Assembly: GCA_950097015.1 (NCBI GenBank)
Contig: CATNEN010000011.1
Location: 806,001-870,000, forward strand
Reading direction: 5' to 3'
DNA length: 64,000 nt
Source: Macrostomum hystrix
Taxonomy: Eukaryota > Animalia > Platyhelminthes
Shown here: positions 52,031 through 64,000 of the stretch, in pieces
Numbering within the stretch: the stretch's first letter is position 1
Layout: every line of letters starts with the position of its first letter
Position numbers and translations under genes: made by a program
The notes under the pieces: model-generated
Told to the model about the DNA's origin: nothing
The model's database searches: none
What the model saw: the letters and a program-made list of their open reading frames with translations, nothing else

Positions 52031-53948
52031 TAAATATCAAATAAAGACAGAAAAAATCATAGCGGGATACAAGAAACTCAGAAGCAACTCACAATAAACT
52101 CACAGGAAACACACCAGCAAAAAGCACACAGATTCCAGAAACCCATAGCTTCAACGCTAGTTTCGCAGCGTTCAATGCTAGCGAGAAACTAACATTAATT
52201 AAACTATGATAAATCCCAATCCCAGATTTGCACTTTAGCCAAGAAAACGGACAGCCATTCTGCGGTTAGATTGTTCAGATTTCCCTTCAGATCCCCATCC
52301 CGATCCAAATAGGGATCTATTTGGCTGTGAGGGAAATCTCCCAAATGAATCTGGGAAATGGCTGAGCAATCAAAATTTGCATTCTATGTCTTCCTGAAAA
52401 GGCACACGACAAGCGAGTGAGATGAGCTGCATGAACTGTGCTCAGGGCAGGATGCTGCCCCGCCAAATTAACTATTTATAATGCGGCTTTGACATTCTGA
52501 TCTTCTGGTTTCAGTTGTACTTTAAAAAACGCGAACCTAAAACTAAAGCGAAGCGGGGACATTTGGGAATGGGGCAAAACGATGAGGAAAATTTCCCAAA
52601 TTCATCATCGCATGCAGTGAATTGCTAGAAAAGCAGACAATCGCCAAAGTTGAAGTGGGCCTTCTAACTGCAGCAGTGAAATTTCCAAGCATTCCCCCCA
52701 TAGAAATTACTAGTTTCTGGAATTGCAAAATCTAACATTATAACAAACTGAAGTAAATTACTGGCGCCATTGATGAAAGCAAGGTTATATTTCAGCATAC
52801 GAAAGTTGGAAGCATAAATTATTGGCGGCTATTAGTGAGGCTATTTCCACTATTTTTATGCCAACTATGCAAAAATGAACAAAATCTTACAAAAAAAGTC
52901 GCCTTTGTCAAGGATTTTTATACACAGCTGGGCCTTGGATTGCTACGGAAAATTTAAGTGCCAATGGCTAGTCATTACGAGCGTATTTGGGCCAGTAAAC
53001 AGAGCCTGTGTCTAACAGGTTATCGTATGTCTAACACGTCATTATGTGTCTAACAGGTTATCGTATGTCTAACACGTCATTATGTGTCTAACAGATCAAC
53101 TTGTGTGTCTAAAAGTAATACTTTTGTGTCTCATTTATAAGCGTGTGTCCAGGAAAATAAAATAAAATATTAAACGTAAACGCAGACTTTATCTAGCGAT
53201 AAATATTAGCGAATAAAGTATAAGTTTTTGTTAGTTTTAGTTAGAGTAGCATATGAAGCAGCTATGAGCATTATTGAGGCCATCTGTCGCTAGCAATCCC
53301 CGCGTTATCGAGATACCCCTAGCAACCAGGCCTCTCACATAGAAACCCATGGAGGTTGGCTGCAGGTATCTGCCCCCGAAACCGAAATTTCTTGCCGAAT
53401 CGGATCTGAAACAGCCGCCTCCGACTGTTAATGAGCCGGTCTTTGAGCACGAAAGCACCGATCGTGAGAAGTACATTGCTTTTTAGCGCAGCTTATTCGG
53501 GCTGGGCGAATTAGTGATTGGACAATTCTGATTGGCTAAGGGCTATTCGGAGGTGGGGTGGGTGCGTGGGGTCGCAGGCGCTCTGTCGCAATTCCTGATT
53601 GGTGCCGACCTTCGACTAATTCAAATTGAAGTTCTGTCGATGAAATTGTCAAATTTGGCATGTTTAGCAATGTAGCTCGTATGTTGAACCAATAAAGCTA
53701 CAACAGGAGGCTCAGCAAAAAGGCATTTCATTTCGATCTTCCGATTCAAAATTGAAATTCTTAATCGAATATCTAGTAACTCGAGACTGCATTAGCTTGA
53801 GATGTGAGACATTTAAAAGCTATATATTGAAGCATTTTAATATCTCATACAGATATCTATCTAGGCAGAACCGGTATGAGATCAGGTTATCAGAAAAAAA
53901 GAGAAATTAATAAAAAGCAACAGACTCATCGGTTTACCGATGACTTAC

Positions 53949-53981
53949 CTGGTAGTTGCTGCTCTGTGCATTTGATCTCAG
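53949..53981 (-). CDS. Possible 33-nt upstream microexon of the pLGIC gene (LRSNAQSSNYQ)
   Basis: ttattcag| acceptor and strong |gtaagt donor; phase 0 to 0, compatible with the exon starting at 44197. No independent homology support. Confidence 0.3.
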
Positions 53982-54499
53982 CTGAATAAATGCGCTCTGG
54001 GCATTCATTGCGTCGAAACAGAGTATGATATAGCGAGCTAATATGGTGACTATTCGTAAAAGCCTCACAATATTCAGGTCCTGGCCCTTACAGCATATGA
54101 GAAACCATGGGCAGATGGTGCTTTTTAAGATTTTGGGGGAAAGGGAAAAGGAGAGGGAGGGGTTGACAAACTCGATGCCCAATGGGCGGGCGCTCGTGGT
54201 AAAAAACCAGCTATTTCACTATCCTGTGTGATAATGTCGCATTATTTGTCATCTTCCTAAAGTGAGGTGTAAAATTTCCTGACTAGCTTCACGAAACAAA
54301 AACCTTTTTGGGATAAAAGGGATTAAAAATCAAATCGAAATGCTAAAATTTGAGAATCTGAATCTTCAGATTAATGTCATTAATTTCCCAGATCCTCAGA
54401 CTAAATTCTCATCTCTCAAATATCATGAGTCCTAAAGTCGCATCTCTTAAAAATCCTCACGTTGAAATTGCCGCTTTCATCAGATCCTAAGATTAAAGT

Positions 54500-57400
54500 C
54501 GCAACTCTCCCAGATCCTCAGATTAAATCACAACTCTCCCAGATCCTCAGATTAAATCACAGCTCTCCCAGATCCTCAGATTAAATCACAGCTCTCCCAG
54601 ATCCTCAGATTAAATCACAGCTCTCCCAGATCCTCAGATTAAATCACAACTCTCCCAGATCCTCAGATTAAATCACAGCTCTCCCAGATCCTCAGATTAA
54701 ATCACTGCTCTCCCAGATCCTCAGATTAAATCACAGCTCTCCCAGATCCTCAGATTAAATCACAGCTCTCCCAGATCCTCAGTTTAAACCAAAGCTCTCC
54801 CAGATCCTCAGATTAAATCACAACTCTCCCAGATCCTCAGATTAAATCACAACTCTCCCAGATCCTCAGATTAAATCACAGCTCTCCCAGATCCTCAGAT
54901 TAAATCACAGCTCTCCCAGATCCTCAGATTAAATCACAGCTCTCCCAGATCCTCAGTTTAAACCAAAGCTCTCCCAGATCCTCAGATTAAATCACAGCTC
55001 TCCCAGATCCTCAGTTTAAACCAAAGCTCTCCCAGATCCTCAGATTAAATCACAGCTCTCCCAGATCCTCAGTTTAAACCAAAGCTCTCCCAGATCCTCA
55101 GATTAAATCACAGCTCTCCCAGATCCTCAGTTTAAACCAAAGCTCTCCCAGATCCTCAGATTAGATCACAGCTCTCCCAGATCCTCAGATTAAATCACAG
55201 CTCTCCCAGATCCTCAGATTAAATCACAGCTCTCCCAGATCCTCAGATTAAACCAAAGCTCTCCCAGATCCTCAGATTAAATCACAGCTCTCCCAGATCC
55301 TCAGATTAGATCACAGCTCTCCCTGATCCTCAGATTAAATCACAACTCTCCCAGATCCTCAGATTAAATCATAGCTCTCCCAGATCCTCAGATTAAATCA
55401 TAGCTCTCCCAGATCCTCAGATTAGATCATAGCTCTCCCAGATCCTCAGATTAAATCACAGCTCTCCCAGATCCTCAGATTAAATCACAACTCTCCCAGA
55501 TCCTCAGATTAAATCATAGCTCTCCCAGATCCTCAGATTAGATCACAGCTCTCCCAGATCCTCAGTTTAAACCAAAGCTCTCCCAGATCCTCAGATTAAA
55601 TCACAGCTCTCCCAGATCCTCAGATTAAATCACAACTCTCCCAGATCCTCAGATTAAATCATAGCTCTCCCAGATCCTCAGATTAGATCACAGCTCTCCC
55701 AGATCCTCAGATTAAATCACAGCTCTCCCTGATCCTCAGATTAAATCACAAGTCTCCCAGATCCTCAGATTAAATCACAACTCTCCCAGATCCTCAGATT
55801 GAAGTCGCCACTCTCCCAGATCCTCAGATTAAAGTCGCCACTCTCCCAGATCCTGAGATTAAATCACAACTCTCCCAGATCCTCAGATTAAATCACAGCT
55901 CTCCCAGATCCTCAGATTAAATCACAACTCTCCCAGATCCTCAGATTAAATCACAGCTCTCCAAGATCCTCAGATTAAAGTCGCTACTCTCGCAGATCCT
56001 CAGATTATTAAAGTCGCCACTCTCCCAGATCCTCAGATTAAATCACAGCTCTCCCAGATCCTCAGATTAAATCACAGCTCTCCAAGATCCTCAGATTAAA
56101 TCACAGCTCTCCCAGATCCTCAGATTGAAGTCGCCACTCTCCCAGATCCTCAGATTAAAGTCGCCACTCTCCCAGATCCTCAGATTAAATCACAACTCTC
56201 CCAGATCCTCAGATTGAAGTCGCCACTCTCCCAGATCCTCAGATTAAAGTCGCCACTCTCCCAGATCCTCAGATTAAAGTCGCCACTCTCCCAGATCCTC
56301 AGATTAAAGTCGCCACTCTCCCAGATCCTCAGATTAAATCACAACTCTCCCAGATCCTCAGATTAAATCACAACTCTCCCAGATACTCAGATTAAAGTCG
56401 CCACTCTCCCAGATCCTCAGATTGAAGTCGCCACTCTCCCAGATCCTCAGATTAAATCACAACTCTCCCAGATCCTCAGATTAAATCACAGCTCTCCCAG
56501 ATCCTCAGATTAAATCACAGCTCTCCCAGATCCTCAGATTAAATCACAACTCTCCCAGATCCTCAGATTAAATCACAGCTCTCCCAGATCCTCAGATTGA
56601 AGTCGCCACTCTCCCAGATCCTCAGATTAAAGTCGCCACTCTCCCAGATCCTCAGATTAAAGTCGCCACTCTCCCAGATCCTCAGATTAAATCACAGCTC
56701 TCCCAGATCCTCAGATTAAATCACAGCTCTCCCAGATCCTCAGATTAAATCACAGCTCTCCCAGATCCTCAGATTAAATCACAGCTCTCCCAGATCCTCA
56801 GATTAAATCACAACTCTCCCAGATCCTCAGATTAAATCACAGCTCTCCCAGATCCTCAGATTAAATCACAGCTCTCCCAGATCCTCAGATTAAAGTCGCT
56901 ACTCTCGCAGATCCTCATATTATTAAAGTCGCCACTCTCCCAGATCCTCAGATTAAATCACAGCTCTCCCAGATCCTCAGATTAAATCACAGCTCTCCAA
57001 GATCCTCAGATTAAATCACAGCTCTCCCAGATCCTCAGATTAAATCACAGCTCTCCAAGATCCTCAGATTAAATCACAGCTCTCCCAGATCCTCAGATTA
57101 AATCACAGCTCTCCAAGATCCTCAGATTAAAGTCGCTACTCTCCCAGATCCTCAGATTAAAGTCGCTACTCTCGCAGATCCTCAGATTATTAAAGTCGCC
57201 ACTCTCCCAGATCCTCAGATTAAATCACAGCTCTCCCAGATCCTCAGATTAAATCACAGCTCTCCCAGATCCTCAGATTAAATCACAGCTCTCCCAGATC
57301 CTCAGATTAAATCACAGCTCTCCCAGATCCTCAGATTAAATCACAGCTCTCCCAGATCCTCAGATTAAATCACAACTCTTCCAGATCCTCAGATTAAATC

Positions 57401-57660
57401 ACAGCTCTCCAAGATCCTCAGATTAAAGTCGCTACTCTCGCAGATCCTCATATTATTAAAGTCGCCACTCTCCCAGATCCTCAGATTAAATCACAACTCT
57501 CCCAGATCCTCAGATTAAATCACAGCTCTCCCAGATCCTCAGATTAAATCACAGCTCTCCAAGATCCTCAGATTAAAGTCGCTACTCTCGCAGATCCTCA
57601 TATTATTAAAGTCGCCACTCTCCCAGATCCTCAGATTAAATCACAACTCTTCCAGATCCT
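54500..57660. repeat. 29/30-bp satellite, about 3.1 kb
   Basis: Interspersed units CTCTCCCAGATCCTCAGATTAAATCACAG (29 bp) and CTCTCCCAGATCCTCAGATTAAAGTCGCCA (30 bp). Confidence 0.98.
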
Positions 57661-58619
57661 CTGATTGGAGTGGCCCTTTTCTAAAGCGTTCTTTAACAGG
57701 AAGAAGCGTGTCAAACTGTTGTATTTCGATAATGCTTTAAAAAAGCTTTAAGCATGCACCGTTTACAATTTAGAAAATTGCTTTGCCTAAGCGCCCGGAC
57801 TGTCTGGAGTTAAGCCAAATGATTATTTATCTTTCATCAGTCAATAATTTCGCACGGTCGGAGCTGCAAATCCTCCCTAGCGAAATGTTCAGCTGTTTAG
57901 CGCATTGCTGCCTTGTCCAGCCTTTGACTGGCATTAGTAAAATTGGACCAGCCATTTTCTGGTGTATTTTCAGTCCCGAAAAAACCCGATTCGCAACAAA
58001 GTCTAATACGTTCAACCCGCTTGACCAGCACTTAGGCATGGGTACATGCGAATTCTCTCTTTTCTACATCCGCAATGGGCTTCTTGATTTTAGGACTTGC
58101 TTAGTGTATTGTAGTGCATTGCTATCCGCACGTTGGGCGCATTTAGGCAAATTGTGTACGCCGTGCTGTTCCTGTTGGTATAATGTGTACAAATGCAGGC
58201 CTGTTACTTTATGCGCCATTCTTATAAGGCTAGATAGAGATAGCCAGATTATGACATTGAAGCCTCTGCTGCTGCTGCTTCTGCTGTGAATGTCAAATAA
58301 GGCCGTGCCACACACTAGCTAGCATTACTGATCATGTTTCCGCATGCATGCAAGCAGCATATTTCTGCAAGCACATGTCTCGTGTGCACCACACTGTCCA
58401 TGTTGTCCCAGATTTGTAAGCCAAATTCTGTAACTTATCTTCATTGCATTGATGCGGCGCTGCGAAAGTTGTCTCGGGCTTACAACTAGTACAAGATGCC
58501 TATCGCCTTATCTTTCAAGTGAAATGGCCGTTTTGGGGTATCGGAAAAGACTAAATTTTTTGTTAGAACTTGACAACAGACTTGACAAAACAGGTACCAA
58601 AGCAGGTCCAAACTCAAAA

Positions 58620-58922
58620 TAATTTCTCATATCGCCTCGGACTAAAGTCCACATGCGATTCTGCCCATTTCGCTGACTCCTGAGCACACACGCACACAGA
58701 TAATGTACAGGTGTGTACATCTGCCCTGACTTTCTCATCGTCAGGCAGTGTATACTTTCACTGTGCCTTGGAGGTTGGCCCTCGAAGGCGTAAATTGCAC
58801 GACAAGCCTCCAAGCCTTCTCTCCGCGGTTGCGACCCAAAAGAATGTGGCCTCGCCGTGGAATCGAACTTAGGCACCTTGATGCGAGAGGCAAAGGCGTT
58901 AACCGCTCTGCCACCGACCTCC
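58620..58922 (-). mobile_element. tRNA-derived SINE, family A, copy 2
   Basis: A box TGGCAGAGCGG (58913-58903) and perfect B box GTTCGATTCC (58868-58859); homologous to 10736-11015. Confidence 0.9.
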
Positions 58923-59419
58923 AATAGGTAGGTATAGGTATTAAAATCGGTGTTTTCAAGCTCTACATAAAATATTACAGTTCCAGTGAAAAAATAATGC
59001 AATAATCGTATGTTTTCTCTTGTTGCTGCTGTGACATTGACATTATTTATATGTCCGCTATTGATATAGCTGATTGCTGGTCGCCAGGAAAACGTGACGA
59101 GCCGTGTTGGTGCCGGAACATTGTGACTAAACCAGACAAAAGCAGCCCTTAACCACTGAATGCCAATTCTTGTCCAGAATAGCACGTACTATAACGCTTA
59201 GTAACTGGGGAAACAAAAATAAGGTCAAACTGGGAGAAAAAAATGTGAAATCTGAAGATAAACAGCAGGCATGACGCAGTGAATCTAACAGCCTCTGCGC
59301 TTTAGTACTTTAAGAGATTGATCGTTTTGAACACTTTAAGTAAAATTTTAGGAAAAAGTAAAAAAACAATTAAAGAAAGGCACCTTTCTTTGTTGTGGAT
59401 CTCGAAACGTAGAGACATC

Positions 59420-59905
59420 AAACTGAGGATCTGGGAGAGTGTGGACTTTAATCAGAGGATCTGGGAGAGTGTGGACTTTAATCAGAGGATCTGGGAGAGT
59501 GTGGACTTTAATCAGAGAATCTGGGAGAGTGTGGACTCAAATCTGAGGATCTGGGAGAGTGTGGACTTTATTCTGAGGATCTGGGAGAGTGTGGACTTTA
59601 ATCAGAGGATCTGGGAGAGTGGTGACTTCAGTCTGAGGATCTGGGAGAGTGGTGACTTCAGTCTGAGGATCTGGGAGAGTGGTGACTTCAGTCTGAGGAT
59701 CTGGGAGATCTGGGCGACTTCAGTTTGAGTGTCAGGGAGATTGCGGACTTCAGTCTGAGGATCTGGGAGAGTGGCGACTTTAATCTGAGGATCTGGGAGA
59801 GTGGCGACTTTAATCTGAGGATCTGGGAGAGTGGCGACTTTGGTCTGACGATCTGGGAGAGTGGCGACTTTGGTCTGACGATCTGGCAAAGTGGCAAATT
59901 TAATC
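59420..59905. repeat. 30-bp satellite, reverse complement of the 54.5-57.7 kb family
   Basis: Units such as GAGGATCTGGGAGAGTGGCGACTTTAATCT; 10-aa periodicity in ORF 59318..59728. Confidence 0.95.
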
Positions 59906-60536
59906 TGGCGATCTAGGAAAGGAACAAATCGGAGGGTCTCGTAGAGCAAGAAATTTTGCAATGGCTACTATGAGTAGACAGAGTAAAAGTTTTGCTTTGC
60001 CAATGTTATACTTTGTGCCATAAAAAATTTCTTGCCTAGCCAGAGGGAAAGATTCTGGATGTTTATTTTCTTCGCTGTAGAAAGAGTAGAGCAACAGAAA
60101 CGGTTTCGAAAAGCTGAGGCGATAAGATCTCGCGGTGCGCAAGTTGTCTCTCTGTCTCTCCAGCTTTCTTTCTCGCCCAAAGCAATGAAATCGAGTTGTT
60201 CATAAGATCACTAACGTGCAGAGAGAGAGATAGAGCGCTTAAATTCTTAGCAAGCAAGAGCAGTGCAATGGAGACAGAGGCAGAATTGCATTGCTAGTCG
60301 GTTGTCAAGGTAAAAAAGTAGAGAATAGGTTGTTAGATAGCGAAATAATAGCAGAGTTTAGTGTGGACTGCAAAACGATTGGCTAGTTGGAGCCTTGAGT
60401 CTATTGGGCGACTGGGCTTGGGCTGGAGGGCAGTTATTTTGCCACACCTGTAAATAGGTGGGCGCCATGGTCAGCAAGAAAGCAACGAGTTTGAAGAGAG
60501 TCGGTAAGAGAGATCAAGGCTCGCTGCGGCAGAAAC

Positions 60537-61494
60537 ATGTCCAGAAACTATCCGGCCGACATCGCAGCTCAGAAGAGTCTGGAGGAGCGGTACACGAAGG
60601 AGCGCGACTCTCAGCTGCACTGGTACCTGAAGAAGAAGGCCGAGAGGGAGCGCCTGGCGGCCGAGGCTGGCGGCCAGCCGGCGGAGCACAGGAGCCGCCA
60701 GATGGAGGTGTTCAAGAAGAAGCTGGAGATGGCGCCAACCATGACTGAGGAGCTGCGGCAGCAGGTGGACAAGTTCAAGGCGCAGAAGCATCTGAAGCCG
60801 AAGCGCGACGAGAACCAGGAAGTGCTGGACGCCATCGGACGGCTACAGGGCGACAGTCAGGAGCTCTGCGTGGAGATGCGCCCGATTTCGCCCAAGACTC
60901 GACAGCTGCTGTACGAGGGTTTCAGCCGTGAGGGCAAGGGCAGGTGAGTCAGCCACTTTTTTTATTAATTAGTGATTGATCACTGTTCAATATTTTTAGA
61001 TTCGGTATAACCTTACTTATATCTTCTAAATGTCTAACAGGTACAAATCCATGTCTAACAGGTGCACAATCTTGTCTAATAGGTGCACAATCTTGTCTAA
61101 TAGGTACACATCCACGTCTAACAGGTACACAACGGTGTCTAATAACTACACACGATTTTTTAATAGGATGTTAGGTACACATGATTTTCTAACCGGTGGA
61201 CATTCTTTAGAACAGGTAAAAATTATTGTCTAAAGCACTCTGATTTCGAATCAAATCACCAGGACCCAGTACCTGAGACAGCGGACCGACAAGGCGCCAG
61301 AGGACAAGTATCAGTTCCCCATCGTGTCCTCCTGGGAGTACGGTTGGAAGCTCGGCGATGTCATCAAGATCGAGGACATCAAGAAGCCGCCATTCGGTCG
61401 CACCCGGCTCATCAATGACACATTCTATACGAGGACCGGAGTGCCAAGCAAGCAGGGTGAGGGCGCCCTGAGCAGGTCCAAGACGGTGTTCTGA
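60537..61494 (+). CDS. SPMIP1: SPMIP1/ATP6V1FNB-like microtubule inner protein (ciliary/flagellar), two exons
   Basis: Exons 60537-60943 (|gtgagt) and 61263-61494 (TGA), phase 2 to 2. EMRPISPKTRQLLYEGFSREGKGRTQYLRQRTDKAPEDKYQFPIVSSWEYGWKLGD resembles the recalled family signature (MRP..P.T..LLY.G.S..G.GR..YL..R....PE.K..YP..SSW.YGW). Confidence 0.8.
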
Positions 61495-62589
61495 GACCCA
61501 AGCGACCAAAGAATTCGCTGTTGCTCATTAAAATATGTCTTTACATTCGCTTTTTTAAGTTTGTTAATTGACCAGTGTTATCAGTTAGGGATGGAAAGTT
61601 TCCAGATTGGTTCTCCGTCCCGTGGTTCTTTTGCGTTCTTTTGCTTTATTGTTCTGTTTTAATTTTCCTATCAAATCTCACGTAAAAATCAGCACAGATT
61701 TCCGTCCAAGTTTTCCAGCCTTGTCAGTTTAGAAAGCCTTCACAGTTGAAGGTCAGAGACCAAGGACTGAGAAAATGTACAGAGAATTGTTTTATTGGAA
61801 CACAAAAGCCGCATTAAATACATGCTTGTGCGCACAATACTATTGCAACTGTAACACAAAATCGCTACTGCTTTTAAGAGCCCAATGGAAATACTACAAA
61901 CTATAATATATTAAGTAAGTATGCAATCAAGCCACATTAATTATGCGCATATTGTTCTCTATTTGATGCATTAATTATGAAATAAAAATAAAGCTAGCTA
62001 GGCTCGTAATATCGCTATGTAGCTCGTATAACATATTTTATTCATGAACACAATGGTTTATACTCGTATATTCACATCGATAAACAGAAAAAAGACCATA
62101 TTTATAATTAGACTGTCTGCTTTATTAAATGCTTTTTGCACTCTTTATTTGCACATTTTATAGTTATAGTTTAATATTAAAACTGTTAGTTCATACTTTT
62201 ACTTTGCCGTGAAATCTGATGTGAATAATTTTAACAAAACATAAAGTTAAAGATTGTCTTTAATTCAAAATGACACAATAATTACTTCACCAAAGTGGCC
62301 TATTGCTTTGTAAATTCTTGATCAAATTAGTAGATAGTCTCACCTATCTTTCAGTAAGAAATTGCTTAAAATACTTAAAATGTAGGTTTTTGTTACTCGT
62401 ATATTTAACATCATGACTTATTTAAAATGCATGGTTTCAATGTTTGCCTAACAGTGCGTTTCTAATTGTCAACAATTGAATAAATGGCAAGTATGGACGC
62501 TTTGTGAAAGCCGAGACTTTTTCTAACGTTTGAATCTTGAGCTGTTTTTGTACTAATTTATGTTCCTTTAGAACGGGTCGACAAGCTTC

Positions 62590-63040
62590 GACGAATCTCT
62601 CCCCAGTCTTGTCTCTCTGCCAGTCTCATCTCTCCCCTGTGTCATCACTCCACTATCTTGTCTCTCTCTTGTCTTACCTCTCCCCTGTATCATCTCGCCC
62701 CTGTCTCATCTCTCCCCAGTCTCGTCTCTCTTATGTCTCATCTCTCCCCAGTCTCGTCTCTCTTATGTCTCATCTCTCCCCAGTCTCGTCTCTCTTATGT
62801 CTCATCTCTCCCCAGTCTCGTCTCTCTTATGTCTCATCTCTCCCCAGTCTCGTCTCTCTTATGTCTCATCTCTCCCCAGTCTCGTCTCTCTTATGTCTCA
62901 TCTCTCCCCAGTCTCGTCTATCTTATGTCTTATCTCTCCCCAGTCTCGTCTCTCTTATGTCTCATCTCTCCCCAGTCTCGTCTCTCTTATGTCTCATCTC
63001 TCCCCAGTCTCGTCTCTCTTATGTCTCATCTCTCCCCTGT
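62590..63040. repeat. 32-bp pyrimidine-rich minisatellite
   Basis: Unit TCTCATCTCTCCCCAGTCTCGTCTCTCTTATG; the 32-aa periodicity in the ORFs equals 3 units. Confidence 0.95.
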
Positions 63041-63777
63041 CTTGCCTCATAAGTTTTTTAAAATGATTATTTTGTGCCGAAATAGAAACGAGTGAAGTTT
63101 GTTGACGTCCGATTTAATTGCACCCAATTAAGGGCGAATAATTGGAGAGATAAGCTGAGCTGATAGGTGCTAATTAGCAGGGAACATTTTTTAGTGGCTG
63201 TCAACCTAGTCGACTCGATTAGATTTGATTTCAATCTCCAATTAATTAACCTTTTAATATGAAAGAAGTTATATATAATGATTGTGAAGAGTTCTTTTAA
63301 TTACAACGATCCGTTAATGTCAAAAGTTTCGTCGAAACTTCGATATGCTAAAACCTAGCAAAGCAAGTACACCGACGGACAGTATAAACAAGAACAAGTT
63401 GTCTTTTTTATAAGTTATAATAAAGTCGTCGAGATTGCTGAAGAGTTCAGTAGAGAATGCCCCTCCCTATATGTACACTATACCTGAAGAATAAATATAT
63501 GCAGCCTAAGCCAAAGAGCAGTAACAGAAACAGTTGGCAATGGGCAGACATAAAGCTCTGACTGCGGTTGCTATGCTAATGCTGCAGTGTCTAATGCCGA
63601 TAATAGACGAAAAGTATGAAAGCAGAATAAGGGTAGGACAAAGTGGGCTGGCTTTGAATGCAAATTATTGTGGTGAATAGCTGAGAAAAAAAGTGTGTCA
63701 AAGCAGACAAAACTAAAACCAACTATGATGAATTTTGTAGCTACTTTATATTATATTCAGTAAAAAAGCACTGCACT

Positions 63778-64000
63778 ACAGGTAACACTACTATCTAACA
63801 GGTGACACTCCTATCTAACAGGTGACACTCCTATCCAACAGGTGACACTCCTATCTAACAGGTGACACTACTATCTAACAGGTGACACTACTATCTAACA
63901 GGTGACACTCCTATCTAACAGGTGACACTCCTATCCAAGAGGTGACACTCCTATCCAACAGGTGACACTCCTATCCAACAGGTGACACTCCTATCTAACA
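63778..64000. repeat. 20-bp minisatellite running off the window end
   Basis: Unit GGTGACACTCCTATCTAACA, about 11 copies. Confidence 0.96.

Noticed and set aside
57783-59185. 168-aa and 225-aa ORFs in the core between the inverted arrays
   Set aside because: No recognisable domain or transposase motif; one starts at a non-ATG codon and the other reads through a SINE.
60458-60835. Overlapping alternative-frame and antisense ORFs at SPMIP1
   Set aside because: They are by-products of the GC-rich codon bias of the real exon.

Overview
Eukaryotic, AT-rich, intron-rich invertebrate animal DNA; the species cannot be determined from the sequence. Four spliced genes were reconstructed by hand from GT-AG junctions with phase checks. 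(1) A divergent Exo70/EXOC7 on the - strand runs off the left edge. (2) A complete CaMKII on the + strand (6053-23567) has two mutually exclusive copies of the exon encoding the DFG motif and activation segment, plus a large optional linker exon. (3) A Cys-less (Pro-loop, ELIC-like) pentameric ligand-gated ion channel on the - strand (29929 to at least 44197) has two mutually exclusive versions of the pore-lining M2 exon, with Gln or Arg at the 2' position. (4) A two-exon SPMIP1/ATP6V1FNB-like gene lies on the + strand. Introns and intergenic DNA are packed with minisatellites, tRNA-derived SINEs and MITEs. The strongest leads are the swappable-pore channel, the swappable activation-segment CaMKII, and an HDV-like self-cleaving ribozyme fold (12705-12587, - strand) attached to a SINE inside a CaMKII intron. 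Almost all long ORFs in the supplied track are artefacts of tandem repeats. No database searches or folding programs were run.
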